Below, in pieces: positions 28,925 through 38,473 of a DNA stretch of 64,000 nt; positions within the stretch are counted from its first letter, which is position 1, and every line of letters begins with the position of its first letter. The stretch is from NCBI GenBank assembly GCA_963743525.1, contig CAVUQH010000003.1:768001-832000 (forward strand), read 5' to 3'. The notes beneath the pieces are model-generated. The model worked only from the letters and a program-made list of their open reading frames with translations, ran no database searches and was not told the DNA's origin. The DNA comes from an uncultured delta proteobacterium (GTDB lineage: Bacteria; Myxococcota_A; Polyangia; Haliangiales; Haliangiaceae). A program made the translations under genes and the position numbers.

Positions 28925-29728
28925 ATGAAGCGCGCGCTGATCATCGCCGAGGACGCCGAGCATGCCGACGAGCTGCGCCGCCTGCTCGAAGCTCACGGCG
29001 CCGGCGATGTGATCGTTCAGGTTGACCCGACCAACGACATCGGCGCCCACGAGAGCCTGCACCGGCTGGCCTCGCTCGGCACCCTCGCCGCAAGCTCCGC
29101 TCACGAAGCCAACAACCTGTTGACCTATGTGTCGGTCTCTCTCGATCGCCTGGCGCGCGGCGATGCCGGGGAGCGCGGGCCCAAGCTGCTCGCCGGGGCC
29201 CGCGAATGCTGCCAGCGCATGCAGGGCCTGCTGCGCGGCATGACCGGATTTGCGCGTCCCGGTGCACGCGAGCAGGCGTTGGTCCGGATCGACGAGATCG
29301 TCGACGAGGCAGTCGGCCTGGTCCGCGCCGAGATCGAGGGCCAGGCCGAGCTGGTCGTCGACCGCGAGCCCAACCTGCCGATCCTCCGCGCCAGCCCGGC
29401 CAAGCTCGGGCAGGTGTTCGTCAACCTGCTCATCAACGCGGTTCAGGCGCTCGAGCCGTCGTCGCCGGGCGCCCGCGTCAGCGTGCGCATGGCCCGCGAC
29501 GCGGCCGGTGTGCGGGTCGATGTCGAGGACACCGGGGCCGGGATCTCGGCGGACGACCTGTGTCGCGTCTTCGAGGCCTTCTACACCACCAAGCCCGAGG
29601 GTGTCGGCACCGGACTGGGGCTGTTCCTGTCGCGGTCGATCGTCCGCGAGCACGGCGGCGACATCCGCATCGACAGCGAGCCAGGTCGCGGCACCACGGT
29701 GAGCGTGCGCTTGCCGTCGGCGCGGTAG
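28925..29728 (+). CDS. Cytoplasmic sensor histidine kinase (HisKA + HATPase)
   Basis: AHEANNLL H-box, QVFVNLLINA N-box, EDTGAG, FYTTK, GTGLGL. Confidence 0.92.
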   Translation: MKRALIIAEDAEHADELRRLLEAHGAGDVIVQVDPTNDIGAHESLHRLASLGTLAASSAHEANNLLTYVSVSLDRLARGDAGERGPKLLAGARECCQRMQGLLRGMTGFARPGAREQALVRIDEIVDEAVGLVRAEIEGQAELVVDREPNLPILRASPAKLGQVFVNLLINAVQALEPSSPGARVSVRMARDAAGVRVDVEDTGAGISADDLCRVFEAFYTTKPEGVGTGLGLFLSRSIVREHGGDIRIDSEPGRGTTVSVRLPSAR

Positions 29729-29737
29729 TATCCCCAT

Positions 29738-30637
29738 GTGAGCGAGCGAGTCGCCGAGCAGAACCGCGGGCGCGCCGTGACGCGCGTCCTGTGGATCACG
29801 CTCGTGCTCAATCTCGTGGTCGCCCTGGCCAAGGGGATCTTTGGCCTGGCCACCGGCGCCATGGCGATCACCACCGACGCCATGCACTCGATGGTCGACG
29901 CCACGGCCAACGTGATCGCGCTGTTCGCCACGCGGATGGCCGAGGCGCCGCCGGATTCGTCGCACCCGTACGGTCACCGCAAGTTCGAGATCGTGGCGGC
30001 CGCCGCCATCGGCGTCGGCGTCGGCACGGCGGCGGTTCGCTTTGCCTGGGACGCGGGCGAGGCGCTGTTCCACGGGCGGCCGGCGCTTCACCCGTCGGGC
30101 CTCGGCTTCGGCGTGATCCTCACGACCTGGGTGATCAACGCCTTCGTCGCCACCTACGAGGCGCGGCGCGGGCGCCAGCTCGAGAGCCCGATCCTTCTGG
30201 CCGACGCGTCGCACACCGCGTCCGACGTGGTCGTCACCGGCGCGGTCCTGATCAGCTACACCGCCTCGGCCTACGGCATTGCCTGGGCCGACCCGGTGGG
30301 CGCGCTGGTGGTCGTGGCGATCATCGCGCGGGTGGCGTGGAAGGTGCTGTCGAGCAACCTGTCGATCCTGGTCGACCGCGCCGTGGTCGATCCCGAGGCG
30401 GTGTGCGCCATCGCCAGCGCCGTGCCCGGCGTCATCGACTGCCACCGCATCCGCTCGCGCGGCACCGACGGCGCGGTGCACGTCGATCTGCACATCCAGG
30501 TCGACGGCGACCTGTCCCTGCGCGCCGCGCACGAGCTGGCTCACCAGGTCGAAGACCGCCTGTGTGCGGCGATGCCGGCGATCGTCGACGTCACCGTCCA
30601 CGTCGAGCCCGACGACGACGCGCCGGAGAGCTTGTGA
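29738..30637 (+). CDS. Cation diffusion facilitator (FieF-like) transporter
   Basis: DAMHSMVD, HPYGHRKFE, ADASHTASD, C-terminal dimerisation domain ...VHVEP. Confidence 0.93.
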   Translation: MSERVAEQNRGRAVTRVLWITLVLNLVVALAKGIFGLATGAMAITTDAMHSMVDATANVIALFATRMAEAPPDSSHPYGHRKFEIVAAAAIGVGVGTAAVRFAWDAGEALFHGRPALHPSGLGFGVILTTWVINAFVATYEARRGRQLESPILLADASHTASDVVVTGAVLISYTASAYGIAWADPVGALVVVAIIARVAWKVLSSNLSILVDRAVVDPEAVCAIASAVPGVIDCHRIRSRGTDGAVHVDLHIQVDGDLSLRAAHELAHQVEDRLCAAMPAIVDVTVHVEPDDDAPESL

Positions 30638-33615
30638 ACCGCGCGCTGGCGATCGCGCGGGCCCTGCTCGACGGGCGCGACGTCACCGCGGGCGACGACA
30701 GCGTGGCGCGGGCGGCGCGCGAGCACGTGGGCCGCGGGCCGCTGCCCGATGCGCTGTTGTGCCTGGCGCTGTCCGGCGATCCGCGCTGGCTCGACGGCGC
30801 CCCGGCCACGGCCGCGCGGGTCGATCTATTGATCTGGGAGGCGGGACGGACGGCGATGGCGGTACCAGAGCTGGCGGCGGCGCTGCTGGTGGATGCCGCC
30901 GCGCGGCGCCGCTTCGTTGACGACCGCGCCCGCGGTCCGCTGCGCGCCCGCGCGCTGGCGGCGCGGCTGCTGGCGATTGCCGCCGACGGCGTCGACACCG
31001 CGGCCACCGCCGATCTCCTGGCCGGTCCGGCCGGCGAGCTGGCCAGCCACCCGGAGTCGGCGGTGTGGATTCCGGCGGTGCGCGCGCTGGGACGGCTGTC
31101 GGCCCGCAGCCCGGGCATCCGCCTGCGCCTGCAGCGGATGATCGACGGCGGCCGCAGCGAGCGCCGCCGGGCGACGGCTGCGCTGGCCTGCGCGCCGTTG
31201 CCGGCCGGGCTCGACGACGACGCGCTGCGCGCTGTGCTCCGCGATGGCGACGGCTGGCGGGTCGCCGCGCTGGGGATCGCCACGCCGCTCCTGGTCCGCG
31301 AGCGGCCGGCGATCGCCGCCGAGGTGATCGAGTCGCTGCTCGGCGCGCCGACCGCGGCCGCGGTGTGGAGCACGACCCTGGGGCTGGTCGCACTGGTGCC
31401 GGCGTCGGGTGGGGCCGACCCGGCGATCGCCGACTGGCTGCGCGCGGCGCGCAAGGCGGCGCTGGCAGCGCGGGCGCACAGCGCCACCGAGGCGCAGCTG
31501 TGGATCGAGGCGCGCCGGGTCACCGACTTCCTCGACGACATCGATCCGGATCCGGCGTTTCCCGACGACAGCCTCGAGCGCGCCGTCGCCAGCGCGGTGC
31601 GCGTTAACGCGCGGGCGGTGGCCACGCGGGCGGCGTCGATCGCGCGGTCGATCGCGGCGTCGTTCGACGCCATGCTGCGGGTGGCCGGCACTGCGGGCGG
31701 TACCGACGAACGCGCGCACGCGCTGTCGGCGGTGGAGTCGTGCACCCGGGCGGCTGCGCTGGCGCTGTGGCAGCCACTCTTGCTGGCCGCCGGTCGCGAC
31801 CCGATCGATCTGGCCGGTGATCTGGCCGCCGCCCGCGCGCACATGGGCGCGGTGCTGTCGGGTTACCTCGAGGCCGACGAGCTCGACTTCGCCCTCCGCC
31901 GCGTGGCGCTGCGCGGGCTGGGCCATCTGGTCGACGTGACCGGCGCCGAGCGCGACCGCAGCCAGGCGGCGGCGTTCGCCCTGCGCGCGCTGGCCGGATC
32001 GCGGTGGGCGACGCGCGCGCGAGCGAACAACCTGCGCCGCTTCCGCAAGCCGGTGACCGATCTCCTGTGGCGGCTGGGCGACGCCATCCGCGCCGACGGC
32101 GACGATCCGGCGCTGGGGCGAGCGGCGACCCTGGGCCGGGTCGCCGCGTGGTGGGCGCTGTGTGCCGGCGGACTGGAGCTGTTGTCGCTGGTCGATCCGG
32201 AGACGCCGGCGGTGCGCGCGCGCATCGACGGCGCCATCGCGGCCATTCGCGCGGCGGCCGGTGCCGCGATCGCCGGCGCCAGCACTGCCAGCTGGAGCGC
32301 CGAGGTCACCGCCGCGGTCGACGAGCTCGGCGCATCCGGCACCGCGCTGGCGCTGGCGGTCGGCGCGCTGCTCACCGCCGTCGACGACGGCGAGTCGGCT
32401 CTGCGCGGCGGCAGCGACGGCGATGTTGCCTACGCCATCGCGCGGTTGTGCGAGACCGCCGCCGAGCTCAGCGCGCTGGGCGCCGATCCGGCGGCGGCGC
32501 TGGCGCCGGCGCTGTCGGCGGCGACGATCGGTGGCATCGCGGTCGGTCGCGTCGACGCCGAGCTCGAGCAGCGGGTCGCCGCGGCGTCGGTCCCGGGAGG
32601 GCTGCCGGCGGACATCGCGGCGTCGGCGGTGGCCGAGCGGGTGGGGCCGCTGCTGCGGCCGGCGGTCGAGTCGCTGGTCCGCGCGCTGATCGAACGCCGC
32701 GTTGACGCCGCGCGCGCCGCGCGACCGACCGGGCGCATCGGTCCGTACCACACCCTGCACCGCCTGGGCAGCGGCGGACACGGCGAGGTCTGGCTGGTGC
32801 GCCGCGACGGCAATCGCCGGTTCGTGCTCAAGATCCCGCGCCGCGGCGCCGCCATGTCGGCGTCGATGCGCGCGTCGCTGGCCGAGCTGCTCGAGCGCGA
32901 GGCGGCGTTGCTCGAAGGCCTGCACGAGGGCAAGGTCGCCTCGTTCATCGACTACGGCTGGGACGGTGACCTGCCGTATCTGGTGCTCGAATACCTGGTC
33001 GGCGCAGACCTGCACCGCTACAAGAGCGTCCGCCCGCTGTCGCTCGGCGAGGCGGCGCCGATCGTCCGCGACGTCTGCATCGGCCTGCGCGCGCTGCACG
33101 GCCGCGGCATCGTGCACCGCGACCTCAAGCCGAGCAACGTGTTCCTGCGCCTGCAGCTGCCGGCCGACGCGGGTGAGCAGTTCACCGACGACTTCCGCGA
33201 TCCGCAGCGGGCACCGGTGGCCGATGCGGTGCTGATAGACTTCGGCGTGGCGCGGGTGATGCGCGACGCCGGCGGCGGCGATCACCCGGAGGGCACGCTG
33301 GGCTACATCTCGCCCGAGCAGGCCGAGTCATCCGACGTCATCACCGGGGCCAGCGACATCTACGCGCTGGCGGCAACCCTGTTCGATGCGCTGACCGGCT
33401 ACCGCTTCTTCGAGGATCGCGTCGGCGCGACCGCGCAGCTGATCGCCCACGCCTTCGAGCGGCCGCTGCGCACCCGGCCGATGTCCGAGCAGGCCGTCGC
33501 GCTGCCCGACGAGCTGGTCGCGCTGCTCGACCGCGCGACCAGCCTCGATCCGGACGAGCGGCCCGACGTCGACGCGTTCGCCGCCGCGTTCGCGCGCATC
33601 AGCGCCACAGCGTGA
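30634..33615 (+). CDS. Hanks-type Ser/Thr protein kinase with about 700-aa helical (HEAT-like) N-terminal region
   Basis: GSGGHGEVW, FVLK, HRDLKPSN, LIDFG, GTLGYISPEQ, SDIYAL; GTG start overlaps the CDF stop. Confidence 0.88.
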   Translation: MNRALAIARALLDGRDVTAGDDSVARAAREHVGRGPLPDALLCLALSGDPRWLDGAPATAARVDLLIWEAGRTAMAVPELAAALLVDAAARRRFVDDRARGPLRARALAARLLAIAADGVDTAATADLLAGPAGELASHPESAVWIPAVRALGRLSARSPGIRLRLQRMIDGGRSERRRATAALACAPLPAGLDDDALRAVLRDGDGWRVAALGIATPLLVRERPAIAAEVIESLLGAPTAAAVWSTTLGLVALVPASGGADPAIADWLRAARKAALAARAHSATEAQLWIEARRVTDFLDDIDPDPAFPDDSLERAVASAVRVNARAVATRAASIARSIAASFDAMLRVAGTAGGTDERAHALSAVESCTRAAALALWQPLLLAAGRDPIDLAGDLAAARAHMGAVLSGYLEADELDFALRRVALRGLGHLVDVTGAERDRSQAAAFALRALAGSRWATRARANNLRRFRKPVTDLLWRLGDAIRADGDDPALGRAATLGRVAAWWALCAGGLELLSLVDPETPAVRARIDGAIAAIRAAAGAAIAGASTASWSAEVTAAVDELGASGTALALAVGALLTAVDDGESALRGGSDGDVAYAIARLCETAAELSALGADPAAALAPALSAATIGGIAVGRVDAELEQRVAAASVPGGLPADIAASAVAERVGPLLRPAVESLVRALIERRVDAARAARPTGRIGPYHTLHRLGSGGHGEVWLVRRDGNRRFVLKIPRRGAAMSASMRASLAELLEREAALLEGLHEGKVASFIDYGWDGDLPYLVLEYLVGADLHRYKSVRPLSLGEAAPIVRDVCIGLRALHGRGIVHRDLKPSNVFLRLQLPADAGEQFTDDFRDPQRAPVADAVLIDFGVARVMRDAGGGDHPEGTLGYISPEQAESSDVITGASDIYALAATLFDALTGYRFFEDRVGATAQLIAHAFERPLRTRPMSEQAVALPDELVALLDRATSLDPDERPDVDAFAAAFARISATA

Positions 33616-36463
33616 GCGGTCCGGCGGGCAGGGTCACCTCGAACGACTGCTCGAGAGCGGCTGCCAGCTCGTCGGGCAGATGATCGCGGGCATCGCCGGT
33701 GACCGCGATGGCGACGCCGCTGCCGATCGCCCTGGTCGCGGCCAGCGCGCGGTCGATCGGCGCGCCGCGCGCGTCGGGGCCCAGTCGCTCGACCTTGCCC
33801 CAGTCGACCACGCAGCGGGCGCCGCTGGCGCGGCCGGCGGCGGTGGCGGCGCGGGCACTGCCGAACAGCGCCACCGCAACGGCGCCGCCGTGACGCAGGT
33901 AGAGCAGGTCGCCGGCGGCCGGCCCGGCCTGCAGCTGTGCGAGCACGCGGGGCACGTCGGCGTCGGCGGCGATCAGCACCGCGGCGCTGGTTCGCGGTCG
34001 CGCGGTCATGCGGTCGACCAGAACCTCGCCGGTGCGCGGCGCGCGCGAGCTCGCGGCCCGTTCGAGCCAGGCCTCGACCTCGCGTTCGACCGCGCGCTCG
34101 ACGTCGCGGGCGCCGTAGCGGGCGGCGGCGATCGCCGCGACCACGCGGTCGCGCAGCGCCCGCGGCGGCACCGACGACGACGCGCCGCTGGCCAGCACCC
34201 GCTCGAGCACCCGCGCCAGGTGGCGGTCGGCGATGGCGGCCAGCGCCTGTGGTCCCAGTCGGCGGAAGCGGATCACGGCGCCCAGTCGGCCGACCAGCTC
34301 TGGCGCCAGCGCGCCTTCGAGCCGCCGGCGCAGCGCCTCGTCGTCGCCGGCATCGGGCCCGGCGGCGCGAGCGCCGAAGCCGATTCCCCTGGCCGGCGCC
34401 GGCTCGTCGGCGAGCAGGTTGGAGGTCAGGATGACGACCGCGTCGCGAAAGCTGACCGCGTGACCGCGGGCGCCGCGTACCCAGCCGGCATCGAGGATCT
34501 GCAGCAGCAGCTGCAGCACGTCCGGGTGGGCCTTGTCGATCTCGTCGAACAACACCACCCGGGCCGGGCGCGCGCGCAGGGCGGCGACGAGCTGTCCCTC
34601 CTCGCTGTGGCCGACGTAGCCGGGGGCCGCGCCGAGCAGGCGGGCGACGGCGTGGCCCTCGCTGTACTCGGTCATGTCCAGGCGCAGCAGCGCCTCGTCG
34701 CTGTCGAACAATAGCTCGGCCACGGCGCGGGCCAGCGAGGTCTTGCCCACGCCGGTGGGACCGGCAAACAGCATCGACGCGATGGGTCGCCCCGGCTCGC
34801 CCAGCCCGCGGTAGCCGCGCTGCAGCGCGCGGGCGGCGGCGTCGGTGGCGTCGGGCTGGCCGATTACGCGCTCGGCCAGCAGCCCGGGCAACCGGGACAG
34901 CCGCTCGCTGTCGGTCAGCGACACCAGCTCGAGCGGCAGGCCGCAGCGCTCGGCGATCACCGCGGCGACGTCGCCGGCGCCGACCTCGTGGCCGTCGCCG
35001 CTGAGCGGGGTCGCCGACAGCGACAGCGACAGCGCGCGGGTGATGGCGCGGGCGCACGCCTGGTCGAGCAGATCGAGCGCCTTGTCGGGCAGGCGCCGGT
35101 CGGGCAGGTAGCGGATCGACAGATCGACCGCCGCCTCGCGCGCGCTGGCGGTGATGCGCGCGCCGTGGTGTTGTTCGAGCGCGGGCGCGGCGCCGTCGAC
35201 GATGGCCAGGGCATCGACCCGCCCCGGCTCGTCGACGCGGATCAGCTCGAGGCGGCGCATCAGTGCCGCGTCGCCGGCCAGGTGGCGGTCGAGCTCGCGC
35301 GGCGTGGTCGCGCCGATGACCCGCAGGCGACCGCGGGCCAGCGCCGGCTTGAGGATGTCGGCCGCGCCCATGCCACCGTCGGCACCGGCACCGGCGCCGG
35401 TGATCAGGTGCAGCTCGTCGATGAACAGCACCAGTCGCGGCTCGGCTTCGGCGGCGGCGATCACCGCCTCGAGGCGCTCCTCGAAGTCGCCGCGGAAGCG
35501 GGTGCCGGCGAGCAGCGCCGACAGCGACAGCTCGAATACGCGCGCGCCGTGGAGCGGCGGCGGGCAGGCCGGCGACGCCAGGGTGTGGGCAAGCGCCTCG
35601 ACCAGCCAGGTCTTGCCCACGCCGGGCTCGCCGACCAGCAGGGCGTTGGGCTTTTGCATGCGCACCAGCGTGCGCAGCAGGGCGCGGAGCTCGTTCTTGC
35701 GCCCGAGGATCGGCGGCGGCGTGCCGCGGGCGAGCGCAGTCAGGTCGCGGCCGAAGCGGCGCAGAGCGGCGGGTACCTCGGCGGCCGGAGCGCTGTCGGC
35801 GCGGGGCTGCGGCTGCGGGCGGCGCCACTCGATCGCCAGCGCCGCCGGAGCGCGCCCACCGGCGGCGACCGCCTCGTCGACCAGCGCATGGGCGACGGCG
35901 TCGATGTCGCCGGCGGCGGCCAGCGCGGCGATGCGCGGGTCGTCGACCGCCAGCCACAGGCCGGCGTTGCACAGGAGCAACCGATCGCCCGGCGCCAACG
36001 CGACGAACACCAGGTCGGGCTCGGTCGGCGGTCGAGCGCCCAGGCTGCGCGTCAACACCCGGCGTCGCGCGCGCCGCCGGCCTTCGCCGCGATCGATCAG
36101 ATCGAGCTCGACCAGGTCGCACGCGGTCGAGTGATCCCAGGTGAGGCAGACCAGGCCGCCGCCGTCTCCGGTGATCACCTCGGGGCAGTAGCGCGGCGCC
36201 AGCGGTACCGGCAGCTCGCGTCGCGCCGGACCGGGGCGGAACAGATAGGCGCGGGCGTCGCCCATCGCGGCCAGGGCGCAGCGGTCGCGGGCGGGGTCGA
36301 AGCCGGCCGCCAGGACGCTGGCGCGGATGCCGGCAGCGCGGGCGCCACGGTCGTGGGCGCGGACCAGATCGAGCAGCGTGCCGGGCTCGCCGCTGGCCGC
36401 CAGCTCGAGGATGTCGGCGCCGTCAGGAGCGCTTGCTCGTGCCCACCGGTATGGCTCGCTCAC
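33599..36463 (-). CDS. ClpA/C-type AAA+ unfoldase fused to an N-terminal degenerate PP2C domain and a C-terminal degenerate cyclase-like domain
   Basis: GEPGVGKT/LFIDELH, GTRFRGDFEERL, LPDKALDLLD, GPTGVGKT/LFDEIDKAHP, PGYVG, IGF loop; N-terminal GDARAY, LTWDHS, LTRSLG, LLLCNAGLW. Confidence 0.88.
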   Translation of the reverse strand: MSEPYRWARASAPDGADILELAASGEPGTLLDLVRAHDRGARAAGIRASVLAAGFDPARDRCALAAMGDARAYLFRPGPARRELPVPLAPRYCPEVITGDGGGLVCLTWDHSTACDLVELDLIDRGEGRRRARRRVLTRSLGARPPTEPDLVFVALAPGDRLLLCNAGLWLAVDDPRIAALAAAGDIDAVAHALVDEAVAAGGRAPAALAIEWRRPQPQPRADSAPAAEVPAALRRFGRDLTALARGTPPPILGRKNELRALLRTLVRMQKPNALLVGEPGVGKTWLVEALAHTLASPACPPPLHGARVFELSLSALLAGTRFRGDFEERLEAVIAAAEAEPRLVLFIDELHLITGAGAGADGGMGAADILKPALARGRLRVIGATTPRELDRHLAGDAALMRRLELIRVDEPGRVDALAIVDGAAPALEQHHGARITASAREAAVDLSIRYLPDRRLPDKALDLLDQACARAITRALSLSLSATPLSGDGHEVGAGDVAAVIAERCGLPLELVSLTDSERLSRLPGLLAERVIGQPDATDAAARALQRGYRGLGEPGRPIASMLFAGPTGVGKTSLARAVAELLFDSDEALLRLDMTEYSEGHAVARLLGAAPGYVGHSEEGQLVAALRARPARVVLFDEIDKAHPDVLQLLLQILDAGWVRGARGHAVSFRDAVVILTSNLLADEPAPARGIGFGARAAGPDAGDDEALRRRLEGALAPELVGRLGAVIRFRRLGPQALAAIADRHLARVLERVLASGASSSVPPRALRDRVVAAIAAARYGARDVERAVEREVEAWLERAASSRAPRTGEVLVDRMTARPRTSAAVLIAADADVPRVLAQLQAGPAAGDLLYLRHGGAVAVALFGSARAATAAGRASGARCVVDWGKVERLGPDARGAPIDRALAATRAIGSGVAIAVTGDARDHLPDELAAALEQSFEVTLPAGPLTLWR

Positions 36464-36770
36464 CGTGTCCCTCGCCCGAGGTCGGGCTCGTCGGCGGCTC
36501 GCCGCGGTGCGCCCGGAGGATCATCACGTCGTCGAGGAGCAGATCCAGGCGCTGGAGATACCCGAGCCGCGGCGGGCTCGCCTCGATCATTCTACTGCGG
36601 GCGAGGTCGTGGAGGGCGCAGGTGTCGTCGAACAAACCGACGGTGAAGGCCAGGCAGTCGTCGCAGTCGGCGAGCTGGTGGGCCACCGGCGCGGCGCTGT
36701 CGCCGGCGCCGGCCGTGGTGCCGAAGACGTGGGCGAGGATGGCCTCCTCGTGGGCGGGTGAGTGACTCAT
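36423..36770 (-). CDS. Small putative zinc-binding anti-sigma-like protein
   Basis: HQLADCDDC (ZAS-like H..CxxC); start overlaps the sigma factor stop (ATGA). Confidence 0.55.
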   Translation of the reverse strand: MSHSPAHEEAILAHVFGTTAGAGDSAAPVAHQLADCDDCLAFTVGLFDDTCALHDLARSRMIEASPPRLGYLQRLDLLLDDVMILRAHRGEPPTSPTSGEGHGERAIPVGTSKRS

Positions 36771-37288
36771 CGTTCGTCCGCCTCTCGGGGAAGCCCCAGC
36801 ATCGGCCGTATGCGGTCGAGCAGCTTCTTGTAGTGGAAGTAGGGCGACTTCTCCGGCCAGCCGCACAGGGCCTGGGCGTCGCCCACCGAGCGCCCCTCGA
36901 ACACCACCCGCCAGAGGAAGCAGCGCTCTTCCGGCGCGAGCTGGTCGAGCACGCTGCGCACGATCGGATCCGATTGCGGATCGAGTGCGGCGGGGTCGGG
37001 CGGCTCCCAGGCGTGGCCTTCGTCGCCGCCGGGCGTGGGCCACGCCCGTTCGTACTTGTTGTGGAAGCGCCGAATCTCGTCGAGCGCGCGATTTTTCAAG
37101 GCCATGTTCGCGTAGGCGGCAGGGTTTGCGATCACGGTGCCGGATTCGAGCTTGGCGTAGATCTCGGTGAGCACGGTCTGGACGAGGTCCTCGGGTTCGA
37201 TGCGGGTTCGGGCGTTGCGCAGCAGCAGCTGCGCCAGGCCCGTTAGCCGGGGTCTCAGTTGTTCGAAATCGCTGTAGTTTTGCCCCAC
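36767..37288 (-). CDS. ECF-type RNA polymerase sigma factor
   Basis: Region 2 (EDLVQTVL...AYANMALKNRALDEIRR) and region 4 (LDQLAPEER...EGRS). Confidence 0.8.
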   Translation of the reverse strand: MGQNYSDFEQLRPRLTGLAQLLLRNARTRIEPEDLVQTVLTEIYAKLESGTVIANPAAYANMALKNRALDEIRRFHNKYERAWPTPGGDEGHAWEPPDPAALDPQSDPIVRSVLDQLAPEERCFLWRVVFEGRSVGDAQALCGWPEKSPYFHYKKLLDRIRPMLGLPREADER

Positions 37289-37438
37289 TGCCGGGCCCTC
37301 GCGGTCGAGCCCGGCATGGTAGCAGCGTCGGCCGGGCACCGGAAGAGCCCTCCCTGCGGTCAGACGGGCCAGGGGCGTGGTTTTGAGCTACGCTTTTACT
37401 GCGGGGGCACTGCGAGGGGCGACGTGAACGAACGGGCG

Positions 37439-37792
37439 ATGGGGCAGGACGAGCCGGTTGACGACAGCGCCATTCAGGCGCTGCGCGAGCTGGATCGGCC
37501 CGGGGAGCAGAGCTTCCTGGCCGAGATGATCCAGATCTTCTTCGAGGACAGCCCGCCGCGGCTGGCCGGCCTGCGGTCGGCGCTGGCGCGGGGAGACGCG
37601 GCCGAGGTCACCGACGTCGCCCACGCGCTCAAGGGCTCGTGCTCCAACTTCGGCGCGCAGGACCTGGAGCGGCTGTGCAAAGCGCTGGAGTCGGCCGGTC
37701 GGTCGGGGCAGCTCGACGGCGCCGACGCGCTGCTCGAAGAACTGTTCGCCGAATACGCCCGGGTACGGGCGGCACTGTCCCGCTACCTGTAA
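37439..37792 (+). CDS. Hpt (histidine phosphotransfer) domain protein
   Basis: AHALKGSCSNFGA motif. Confidence 0.92.
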   Translation: MGQDEPVDDSAIQALRELDRPGEQSFLAEMIQIFFEDSPPRLAGLRSALARGDAAEVTDVAHALKGSCSNFGAQDLERLCKALESAGRSGQLDGADALLEELFAEYARVRAALSRYL

Positions 37793-37801
37793 GCTGGAGC
37801 G

Positions 37802-38473
37802 GTGAGCACCGCCCGCGATACCTACCTGGTGTTGCGCGCCACTGCGCGCGTGTTGGCCGATTCCGAGCAGACGGCCGAGATCCACCGGGTCGAGGAGCTC
37901 ACCGGACGCCGCGCCTATCGACACCTGCTCGAGCGCGGTGCGCGCGACCCGGAGCTGCAGGCGATCCTGGCCGAGCGTCCGGAGCTGTCACCCGAGCAGG
38001 TCGACTACGACTGGCTGCGCACGCTGTCTGCCGACACGCTGGGCGGGGCGTACGTGCGCCACCTGGACGACAACGGGCTGACGGCCGTGTCGCAGGCCGC
38101 ACACACGCGCCACATCGACGACGCGGACATGGCCTACTTGATGCGCCGCTTTCGCCAGACCCACGACGTCTGGCACGCCCTGCTGGGATTGGGCACCACC
38201 GGTCACGAGGAGGTGATCATCCACGCCTTCAGCTGGGGGCAGCTGCGCCTGCCGGTATCGGCGATGGTGGTCTTCTTTGGCGCCATCAAACACATGGTCA
38301 TGGAGCGGCGGTGGGGCGCTTTGCGCCGGGGGTTGCGCGAAGCCTACGAGATCGGTCGGGACGCGGCGCCGCTGTTGCCGGTGCCGTGGGAGCACTACTG
38401 GGAGGAGCCGATCGAGGCAATTCGCGCCAGGTATGGTGTGCGCCAGTGCACCCGCGAGTTCGTTAACGGCTGA
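37802..38473 (+). CDS. Coq4 family protein
   Basis: TLGGAY...RFRQTHDVWHALLG...HEEV (HDxxH-x11-E motif). Confidence 0.88.
   Translation: MSTARDTYLVLRATARVLADSEQTAEIHRVEELTGRRAYRHLLERGARDPELQAILAERPELSPEQVDYDWLRTLSADTLGGAYVRHLDDNGLTAVSQAAHTRHIDDADMAYLMRRFRQTHDVWHALLGLGTTGHEEVIIHAFSWGQLRLPVSAMVVFFGAIKHMVMERRWGALRRGLREAYEIGRDAAPLLPVPWEHYWEEPIEAIRARYGVRQCTREFVNG

Noticed and set aside
29206..30633. N-terminal extension of the kinase to 1469 aa
   Set aside because: Overlaps the histidine kinase and CDF genes in other frames; sequence is Arg/Gly-rich noise
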